DNA of 64,000 nucleotides, from positions 50,696 to 114,695 of the forward strand of contig CAZDCD010000013.1 of the NCBI GenBank assembly GCA_964503885.1, written 5' to 3'. Position 1 is the stretch's first letter. Each line of letters starts with the position of its first letter. The notes beneath the pieces were generated by a model. It worked only from the letters and a program-made list of their open reading frames with translations, was not told where the DNA came from and made no database searches. This DNA is from an uncultured Bacteroidales bacterium (GTDB lineage: Bacteria > Bacteroidota > Bacteroidia > Bacteroidales > UBA10428). This document shows positions 41,193-49,306 of the stretch, in pieces. The translations under genes were made by a program, and so were the position numbers.

Positions 41193-41377
41193 ACGCTGTG
41201 TATAATTAATCGATAATATTATTGGTATTCAGGAGCTTGCATACTTATTGCATGAGATAATAATCAGATAACTTAAAAGGTTGAATTCGCGACTAATCAA
41301 ACACATAATCCGATATATGATATTAAATTCAATGGAGCTAATGACAACCCGACTGTTGGACATAAGATGCGAAATTC

Positions 41378-42604
41378 ATGAAAGGAAGAGAAAATAAGCC
41401 CCATATCGGTATTTTCGGAAGAAGAAATTACGGGAAGAGCGCTCTCATTAATGCGATTACCGGGCAGGAGATCGCCATTGTCTCGGAAACACCCGGTACC
41501 ACCACCGATCCTGTGAAAAAATCTATGGAGATCAGGGGCATCGGTCCCGTTATTCTTGTAGATACTGCAGGTATTGATGACTCAGGTGACCTGGGTGAAA
41601 TGCGTGTGAGAAAAACCCTTCAGGTAATAAAAACAATTGATCTTGCACTTCTGGTGGTGAACAATAACCGCATAGACGGGTATGAAACCGATCTGCTGGA
41701 ACAGTTCTATGAACATGGTGTACCTGTGATGCTTGTGCACAATAAGAACGATCTTCATTCTCTCGACGAATCATTCAGAAATCGCATTGAAAAGGAATAT
41801 GATTGCAGGGTAATAGCTTTTAATGCCTTGCATCCCGGTAATCTTGACAGGCTTATTGAACTGATCTCCGAATCAATGCCGGCTACTGCATATACAAGAA
41901 GTTCTTTACTGGGTGATCTTGTTTCCTATGGTGACATTGTTTTGCTCATCACGCCGGTTGATATCGAAGCACCCGAGGGCAGGATGATATTGCCCCAGGT
42001 ACAAGCCATCCGGGATATCCTCGATAACGACTGCATAGCCATTGTGCTGAAGGAACGTGAAGTGGACGTGTTTTTAAAAAAAACAGGAATCAAGCCCAGG
42101 TTGGTCGTTACCGACAGCTCGGTGTTTTTAAAGACTGCTGCTTCCATCCCGCCGGATATTCCCCTTACGGGTTTCAGCATATTGCTTGCAAGTCATAAGG
42201 GAACGTTCGGGAAATACCTGGAAGGTACACCAAAAATATCGGAACTGAAAAACGGCGACCGCGTCCTGATGCTTGAATCGTGCACCCACCAGGTTTCCTG
42301 CGATGATATCGGACGGGTGAAAATACCGCGCTGGATCAGCAATTTTACAGGTAAAAAGCTGGAGTTCGATACCGTAAGCGGCCTGAATAATCTTGAGCGG
42401 CCGGTAACAGATTATGCCTTGGTTATTCAGTGCGGAGGCTGTATGATCACCCGGAAACAGCTTATTAACCGGTTAAAGCCGGCTATCGATGCAGGGGTAG
42501 CTGTTAGCAATTATGGTATGGCCATAGCCTGGGTCCAGGGCATTTATAAAAGAGCTGTGGCGCCTTTCCTCAAATCAGATGAGATACCCCGGGATATGCT
42601 GTAA
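41378..42604 (+). CDS. hydF: [FeFe]-hydrogenase H-cluster maturation GTPase HydF
   Basis: 408 aa. G1 GRRNYGKSALINAITG, TPGTTTDPV, DTAG, NKND. C-terminal cluster ligands ESCTHQ...QCGGC. Confidence 0.88.
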   Translation: MKGRENKPHIGIFGRRNYGKSALINAITGQEIAIVSETPGTTTDPVKKSMEIRGIGPVILVDTAGIDDSGDLGEMRVRKTLQVIKTIDLALLVVNNNRIDGYETDLLEQFYEHGVPVMLVHNKNDLHSLDESFRNRIEKEYDCRVIAFNALHPGNLDRLIELISESMPATAYTRSSLLGDLVSYGDIVLLITPVDIEAPEGRMILPQVQAIRDILDNDCIAIVLKEREVDVFLKKTGIKPRLVVTDSSVFLKTAASIPPDIPLTGFSILLASHKGTFGKYLEGTPKISELKNGDRVLMLESCTHQVSCDDIGRVKIPRWISNFTGKKLEFDTVSGLNNLERPVTDYALVIQCGGCMITRKQLINRLKPAIDAGVAVSNYGMAIAWVQGIYKRAVAPFLKSDEIPRDML

Positions 42605-42812
42605 GAAATGAAAAAGCTGGAAAGGAATTGACCTGCTTTAATTCAAACGGTATATTTAATGTAAGTCCTGGATATGATTTTCAAGCTTTCAGCCTTGACC
42701 TTCTGACTATGTTCTCAAATAGGTATTTACAGTCATCCCTCTTTTAAAATTCATCAGATTGTTGATTGGTTTCAATCATTGTTGTAATTTTATATGCATA
42801 AAACCACCTACT

Positions 42813-44312
42813 ATGAAATCTAAAAAAAACATTCCACTCAGCCGCCGGGAATTTGTCAAGACTTCCTCGGCTGCCGTTGCAGGCCTTACCATACTTCCTT
42901 CTGTTGCAGCACATATACCTGCCCCCGGGTTAATGAAAAGAAGTTTCGGTAGGCTGAATCACGAAGTCACCACATTCGGCCTGGGCGGACAGGCTTCCAT
43001 ACAATGGACTCAGGAAGATGTTGATCCTGTGGCTATTATACTGAAAGCGTTCAGCAAAGGAGTGAATTATTACGATACCTCCAATCTTTATGGCCCGAGC
43101 CAGCTTAATTATGGCAAGGCATTCCGGCAGTTGGGACTGATACCCGGAATCAGCGGATACAATGAAAACCTTCGTAAATCTATTTTTCTGACCTCCAAAA
43201 CGCATATCCGCATTGCAAAAGGCGACCTGAATGCGGAAGGCATCAACAACTGGACAAACGGTCCGGAAGGTTCGCACACCATCGATGATGTGAAACGCAC
43301 CCTTTCACAGATCTTTGGCGACGGAGAAGGAGCTTATCCCGAAGGTGCTTATCTCAACATGGTACTGATCCACAGCCTCTCAAGCAATGCCGATGTCAAT
43401 GCGGTGTATGAGGGTCTTTACAATACCGATGCTGGAGCGGCACAGATCGGTGCATTGGCTGCTTTGCGAGATTACAGGGACGGTACAAACCTAACTGGAT
43501 TGAATCCGAAAGAAGAAAAGATGATCAGGCACATAGGCTTTTCAGGTCATTATGATACCGGGGTAATGATGGATATGATCCAGCGCGATAAGGACAATCT
43601 GCTTGAAGGCATGTTGGTGGCGATAAATGCAAATGACAAGCTGAATTTCAATATGCAGCACAATGTAATCCCGGTAGCTTCCGCAAAAAATATGGGCATA
43701 ATTGCCATGAAAGTTTTTGCCGACGGCGCCATGTATACCAAACCGGCTACCTGGTCACACCAGCCGTCTGATGTGGTGAGAACGATAGGAAGTAAAGAGT
43801 TGCCGTTTAGGCCCCTGATTGAATATTCACTGACCACACCCGGTATCAGCACGGCAATAATCGGGATTGGGCAAATCTCGGATAATTCCTCAGAGTGCCA
43901 GCTCACACAAAATATTATGGCGGCCCAAATTGCGCCCGACGGCTTGGATGAATCGGAGCGGAAAGCTATTGAACAGATGGCCAACAAGGTTAAAGACGGT
44001 AAGACCAATTATTTCCAGATTGCCGAAGGCGGCCTTTCCGCACCCAGGAATGTAAAAGCGCAGAAAGCCGGTGACGGGTTGGTGTTGGTGACCTGGGATA
44101 CGGCATTTGCAGGAGACAGTCCGATTGACCATTACGAACTTTGGAAAAACGAAAGCAAGGCCGGGGAGGTCAGCCATGTACCACAAACTACCAAAAAACC
44201 GTTTGCATATACCGATACCACTGGAACAACAGACGGAAAAACGGCCTATAAGGTTGTGGCCGTCGATAAAAAAGGAAGGAAAGCCGGTTCGCAGGAAATT
44301 GGTATTTCCTGA
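42813..44312 (+). CDS. Tat-signal aldo/keto-reductase-fold protein with C-terminal Fn3-like domain
   Basis: Twin-arginine motif SRREFVKTSSAAVAGL. AKR-like core (GLGGQASIQW...YYDTSNLYG...IGFSGH). C-terminal ~90 aa beta-rich segment (VTWDTAFAGDSPIDHYELW...YKVVAVDKKG). Start taken at MKSKKN (42813). Confidence 0.7.
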   Translation: MKSKKNIPLSRREFVKTSSAAVAGLTILPSVAAHIPAPGLMKRSFGRLNHEVTTFGLGGQASIQWTQEDVDPVAIILKAFSKGVNYYDTSNLYGPSQLNYGKAFRQLGLIPGISGYNENLRKSIFLTSKTHIRIAKGDLNAEGINNWTNGPEGSHTIDDVKRTLSQIFGDGEGAYPEGAYLNMVLIHSLSSNADVNAVYEGLYNTDAGAAQIGALAALRDYRDGTNLTGLNPKEEKMIRHIGFSGHYDTGVMMDMIQRDKDNLLEGMLVAINANDKLNFNMQHNVIPVASAKNMGIIAMKVFADGAMYTKPATWSHQPSDVVRTIGSKELPFRPLIEYSLTTPGISTAIIGIGQISDNSSECQLTQNIMAAQIAPDGLDESERKAIEQMANKVKDGKTNYFQIAEGGLSAPRNVKAQKAGDGLVLVTWDTAFAGDSPIDHYELWKNESKAGEVSHVPQTTKKPFAYTDTTGTTDGKTAYKVVAVDKKGRKAGSQEIGIS

Positions 44313-44354
44313 ATAGGTGTTCGCTCTTTTCCGCTAATATTGCATGATCCGGAA

Positions 44355-47018
44355 CTAAAATTCGATTTTATATGCGATATTCGGAATAATGATCAGGTCT
44401 TTGGATTCAACTATCCTGTCGGTTTCAGCATCGTACCTGTACTCCTGGAATTCTTTATGCGCAAGGGCATTTACGATCTGCAACGACCAGACACCTGAAT
44501 ACGCCGGTTTATTGATCCTGTATGAGAATGCAAACGAAAGAATAGGTGCGTCTGGAAGCTTTACACTATATGCTTTTGTGCTCTCTTCAATAACTTCATC
44601 ACCCTGAAGGTAAACGGGGGTAACCCTTTCTCCTCCCAGGTAGCTGAAGCGGATGTTTGCGCTGAAGAGATTTTTACCCGATTTTCCAGTCATCCATTCC
44701 TTCCCGCCCAGCAGATTCAATACATAATTTCGGTTGTATCGTGTATTTCTTTCGATTCCGTCGCCCCCTTTGTATTTTGATCCAAACAACGATCCGCTGA
44801 TCAGGTAGTAGAATCCTTTATTGAGGAATCTTTCCAGGGAGATGTCAATCCCGTAATTTTTTCCGGTGCCGGTATTTATGAGCGAATCGTTGAAACTCCA
44901 TATATTGTCAATATTTATAGTGGAAAAATAACTATGCGGGACAACTGGTATATTAAAAAGTTTCTGAAAGTATGGCTCCATCCTGAATACGAGGTTTTCG
45001 GAAAATTTATGGTAGTAGCCTAAAACAACATGATGTGCTTTGGCAAAGTCAAGATCTTTATTTGGATTGATTACCTCTGCCCCTTGCTGTTGTTGAACAA
45101 AGTAGAGATTTAAGTTTTCAAGCTGGCTATGCAAGCCGTATGCAACTGATACGGTATTAACCGGTGAAACATTCCAATGCACACCAATGCGTGGTTCTAT
45201 GGTTTTTCTGTTATTCAACGTAAAATACTGTGAGTGGATGCCTGCATTAACCTGTACATTTTTTGAAATGCTGATTTTGGATTGGGAATAGAATTGTACC
45301 AGTTCACCGGATCCCTTGCCCGATACATAGGTTTGCAAGGGTTCTCCGTATTCATAAGCCTCTTTAGTGACAATATCGTAATTAAGACGATCGAAAATAA
45401 GACCTGTTTTGTTTGTATGCGCTGCACCGAATTTATGGCTGATCTCACTTGTGAGGGTGTATTTCCATTTATTGTCTTTAAAGTCAGTTTTAGGCTCAAG
45501 CATCAATTCATTGTTGTATCTTTTTTGAGTCCAGGCAAATCCATTTCCTGTTGTGGCAAAACCGGTATGCAAATAGGTTTTTTCACCAAGTATTACTTTA
45601 TGACTGACACCCACCGCACCCATAGTGAATCTTGCCAGATATTCCTTTCTGTCATCACTGCTCTTCCATTTGAGTGAGTCTTTTTCGGCGTTATGCAATT
45701 GTTTATCGAACGATCCGATCCCCCATAACGAAAACACCCCGAGCTTCCGGGCCGGGAAATTTAATTTGAACGAGAGATCCTGGTAGGATATCACTCCCAT
45801 CTCCTTCGGCAATATTGGTGCGAGTAAACCAAGTGTGGAATACCGGTAATTGAACAGGTACGACGAACGGTTACCTTTAATAAAAGGCCCTTCCGATGCA
45901 AAGTCAATGCCAATTATTCCGGCCTGAAAAGTATGTTCCCTTTTTTCGGTATTACCTGATCTTAAATTTATGTCGAAAACACCTGATAAGGCATTTCCGA
46001 ATTCGGCGGGGAACGCTCCGGTGTAAAAATCGGAATTTGCCATTGTCTGGCTGCTCAATGCAGTTAATGCGCCACCTCCGAGTGAAATAAAATCGGCGAA
46101 ATGACTGGGATTAGGTATTTGTATACCTTCCATACGCCAAAGCAATCCTTTAGGCGCATTTCCCCTGATGACTATGCCATTGCTGCGCACATTGGCAAAT
46201 GTTGCTCCCACAGCTGCAGTTACCAGCCGGGCAGGATCATCGATACCTCCTGCATAGCGATTGGCCTCTTCCATGCTTATTTGCTTCGCACTAAGCGTTG
46301 CCATTGAATTTATGGGCTCTTCCTTGTTTGATCCGGCTTTAACCCTTATCTCCTCAAGATGTGTAGATGATCCGGAAAGGGCTATGTTCAATACAGTCTC
46401 TCTGCCACTGCTTACCAGAACCTCTCTGGCGATATACGATTTGTATCCGATAAAGCTTATTTCCATATCATACCTTCCTAAAGGTACGTGTTCCAGCCTG
46501 AAATATCCGTTTGCATCACTTACCGTTCCCATCAACGGGTCAGTATTGAGAAGGATTATATTTGCACCGGTAAGTGGAATATGAATGTCTGCATCAACAA
46601 CCGTACCTTTAATTGTTTGATCCTGATCGTCAACGGATCTTGACTTGTTCTCCTTATGAGACTCTGGTTCAATAACTATTACATCATCCATTATACGATA
46701 CTGCAAATCTTTGTTATTCAGGCATTCCTTCAGTACATCATCCAATGTTGCATTTTTAATTTTCAATGATTCATGTTGGTATATATCAACTTTGGTATTG
46801 TTGTATAAAATATTTTTCCCGCTTTGCTTTTTTATTTCCTGCAGGATATCACCCAGGCTCACATTTTCCATAGTGAGGGTAATCCGGTTTTCCTGTGCAT
46901 TTGAGTTTAAGGTGAAAAATATCAGTAGTGTAAACAACAGCCGCTTAACCACAAAGGAAATCAGTATATTTTGATTTGTTTTCACCGTTTTCCCGCAATT
47001 TTTTTGATTTATTTTCAT
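44355..47018 (-). CDS. TonB-dependent receptor with N-terminal STN signalling domain and CarboxypepD_reg domain
   Basis: 887 aa. STN-like ITLTMENVSLGDILQEIKKQSGKNILYN. GTVVDADIHIPLTGANIIL. Plug RYAGGIDDPARLV...IRGNAPKGLLWRMEGIQIPNPSHF. Paralog of 23470-25803. Confidence 0.88.
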   Translation of the reverse strand: MKINQKNCGKTVKTNQNILISFVVKRLLFTLLIFFTLNSNAQENRITLTMENVSLGDILQEIKKQSGKNILYNNTKVDIYQHESLKIKNATLDDVLKECLNNKDLQYRIMDDVIVIEPESHKENKSRSVDDQDQTIKGTVVDADIHIPLTGANIILLNTDPLMGTVSDANGYFRLEHVPLGRYDMEISFIGYKSYIAREVLVSSGRETVLNIALSGSSTHLEEIRVKAGSNKEEPINSMATLSAKQISMEEANRYAGGIDDPARLVTAAVGATFANVRSNGIVIRGNAPKGLLWRMEGIQIPNPSHFADFISLGGGALTALSSQTMANSDFYTGAFPAEFGNALSGVFDINLRSGNTEKREHTFQAGIIGIDFASEGPFIKGNRSSYLFNYRYSTLGLLAPILPKEMGVISYQDLSFKLNFPARKLGVFSLWGIGSFDKQLHNAEKDSLKWKSSDDRKEYLARFTMGAVGVSHKVILGEKTYLHTGFATTGNGFAWTQKRYNNELMLEPKTDFKDNKWKYTLTSEISHKFGAAHTNKTGLIFDRLNYDIVTKEAYEYGEPLQTYVSGKGSGELVQFYSQSKISISKNVQVNAGIHSQYFTLNNRKTIEPRIGVHWNVSPVNTVSVAYGLHSQLENLNLYFVQQQQGAEVINPNKDLDFAKAHHVVLGYYHKFSENLVFRMEPYFQKLFNIPVVPHSYFSTINIDNIWSFNDSLINTGTGKNYGIDISLERFLNKGFYYLISGSLFGSKYKGGDGIERNTRYNRNYVLNLLGGKEWMTGKSGKNLFSANIRFSYLGGERVTPVYLQGDEVIEESTKAYSVKLPDAPILSFAFSYRINKPAYSGVWSLQIVNALAHKEFQEYRYDAETDRIVESKDLIIIPNIAYKIEF

Positions 47019-47090
47019 ACTTTTAAGTGATTAAAGATTGATAAATGTATTTATTGATTTTATGGGGAATGTTGCCGCATTCCCCTTTTC

Positions 47091-48299
47091 TTATTTTTCT
47101 GAAAACACGATTATTTTTTTCCCTACGATCTTAAATTTTATAGTACTGGCTATGGATATCATATCGATGATTTTTGAAATAGTGTCGTAGCGTTTCAGAT
47201 CGCCTGTAAAAGGTTCTGACCGCAATGCGTCGTCTTTAAACTCGACTTCAAAATCATACCACCGCGATAGTTTATGCAGGATTGATTCAAGCGGTTCATT
47301 CTCGAAGATGAATAATCCCTGTGTCCATGACGTAAACAGCCTGGTATTCACTTTCTTTGTCACCATCTGATTCGACTTTTTGTCGAAGCTGGCCTGCTGT
47401 CCCGGCTCCAGCTTCAATTCTGTGGTTGACTTATCGTGCAGCATTTCAATACCGATACTGCCCGAAACAAGGGTTGTTTTAATAAAACCATCATCAGGAT
47501 ATGCCGAAATATTGAATGACGTTCCGTAAACGGTAGTTTTAAGGCCGTTCATCTTAACCGCAAACGGTGTATTGCCTGATTTTGCCACTTCGAAATAGCC
47601 TTCGCCCGTGAGTTCAACTACACGTGAATGCATCGCAAATACTACGGGGAATTTAAGCGTTGACAATGAATTTAGTTTCACCTTCGAACCATCCGGTAAT
47701 ACAAGCGAATACTCTCCCCCTGCGGGGACAATTAGCGTGTTGAACTCAGCCGGATATTCTTCTATAGCTGAAGCATTTACGCTGTCCGGCCGAAATATTA
47801 ATGTTGAACTGGTATCAACGATGGTTGTATGGTGTTGACGGATAATGGATTTACGGGTTGTTCTCCCGAGTTCAATCTGCCGGTTATCGGAGGTGATCAG
47901 CAACGCTTTGTGAGTACCGGGTTGTATATTATTACTGTTTATGGTACCTGGGTATCGTGTATTGATTGCTGTAAATATGATATAAGCTGCGGTAAGAATT
48001 ACGGCGATTGATGCTGCGATCTTATATGCCGCCGGTATGCGGCGCAGAAGATGAATTTTGGTTGTTTTGGCATGTCGGGTTCTGATTTTTCTGAAGGCCT
48101 GCCGGGAATCGTAAGCATTGAATCGGATTATATCTTCTCCCAGATGTTCAGGATCGGAAAGACTCCGGTAAATTCGTTTATGTGCTTCTTCACTATCTAG
48201 CCAGGTGGTTAAAATTTTGGTTTCATCATCGGTTAGTCCGGTGATTTTTTCTTTTGCTATTATTCTGGCGATCTCAAAATCGCGATCCCGGTTTTCCAT
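47091..48299 (-). CDS. FecR-family anti-sigma factor
   Basis: Cytoplasmic N-domain, single TM (IAASIAVILTAAYIIF), periplasmic FecR plus C-terminal DUF4974-like region. Start taken at MENRDRD. Confidence 0.85.
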   Translation of the reverse strand: MENRDRDFEIARIIAKEKITGLTDDETKILTTWLDSEEAHKRIYRSLSDPEHLGEDIIRFNAYDSRQAFRKIRTRHAKTTKIHLLRRIPAAYKIAASIAVILTAAYIIFTAINTRYPGTINSNNIQPGTHKALLITSDNRQIELGRTTRKSIIRQHHTTIVDTSSTLIFRPDSVNASAIEEYPAEFNTLIVPAGGEYSLVLPDGSKVKLNSLSTLKFPVVFAMHSRVVELTGEGYFEVAKSGNTPFAVKMNGLKTTVYGTSFNISAYPDDGFIKTTLVSGSIGIEMLHDKSTTELKLEPGQQASFDKKSNQMVTKKVNTRLFTSWTQGLFIFENEPLESILHKLSRWYDFEVEFKDDALRSEPFTGDLKRYDTISKIIDMISIASTIKFKIVGKKIIVFSEK

Positions 48300-48495
48300 A
48301 CGAAAGAATTTTGTAGTTCTATAATAATACAATTGAAACTGAAAACAGGGTGTATTACAAGACATTTTTCAGAACTTTTATAAACTCTGGTATTTCTGCC
48401 GGATGGTCTGATCACCGGGAATAATCAAGAAGTAACAAAAAAGAGCAAAGTTTAATTCAAAAAAAAGCTGAGCCGGAATGCTAAGATCGCTGTTA

Positions 48496-49047
48496 TTATT
48501 TCAGGAAGATTAAAACCGCCAAACCTAAAATATCCCTGAGCTTCCTATAGGCAATCTTTTTCTGTAGCTTAACCGTATTCAGCGAAATATTGAGCTCATC
48601 TGCGATTTCACGATTTGTCAACCCCTGGATGGAAAAGAGGGTAATTTTTTTTTGCTTTTCCGGCAGATTGTCCACGGCAAACCGAATGTTTGCGATCGTC
48701 TCAGCCCGGATAAGATGATCTTCGAAAACCATGACCTCAGAAATGTCCGGTGCCTGATCGTATGCATATTTTTCTTTAATAAGATTATGTTTAAGTATAT
48801 TCAGGCATTTGTTTTTTGCAGTGACATATAAAAAGGTTTTCACATGGTTTAATGACTCAAATTTCCCGTGCTGATTCCACAATTCAATGAAGGCTTCCTG
48901 TGCGACATCCTCTGCATCACCCGGGTTGTTCAGGTATTTTTCTGCAAAATAGCACAGGGCGGGATACAATACCGAGAAAATATGCTGCAAGGCTTTCCGG
49001 TCACCCTTCCTGAAATTACGGACAACAATATCTGTTAATGGATTCAA
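48496..49047 (-). CDS. ECF-type RNA polymerase sigma-70 factor
   Basis: 183 aa. Region 2 DAEDVAQEAFIELW. Region 4 LTNREIADELNISLNTVK. Confidence 0.9.
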   Translation of the reverse strand: MNPLTDIVVRNFRKGDRKALQHIFSVLYPALCYFAEKYLNNPGDAEDVAQEAFIELWNQHGKFESLNHVKTFLYVTAKNKCLNILKHNLIKEKYAYDQAPDISEVMVFEDHLIRAETIANIRFAVDNLPEKQKKITLFSIQGLTNREIADELNISLNTVKLQKKIAYRKLRDILGLAVLIFLK

Positions 49048-49237
49048 TTGTATAATTTCTCATACTTTTTCGGAGGTTTAAGTTAACGTAATAAATTAAA
49101 TTTCCTTTGCTCTTCATTGTACAATATTTAATATTTTCGTGCTGGCCTATACGCTATTAGCTATATGCCGTGGTTCTTTATTGCCTGGATATTGAAAAGA
49201 AGAGCTTGGTGAAAATTACCTGATTTGAATTGAGGTC

Positions 49238-49274
49238 AAAAAAAGCGCGCTTGATTCATCTCCGAATCAAGCGC
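49238..49274 (-). terminator. Rho-independent terminator after the CE15 esterase gene
   Basis: GCGCTTGATTC (49247-49257) pairs with GAATCAAGCGC (49264-49274). The A7 run at 49238-49244 gives a U-tract on the minus strand. Confidence 0.8.
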
Positions 49275-49306
49275 ACGTATTAAAAAATTCTTAAGAATTC
49301 ACAATC

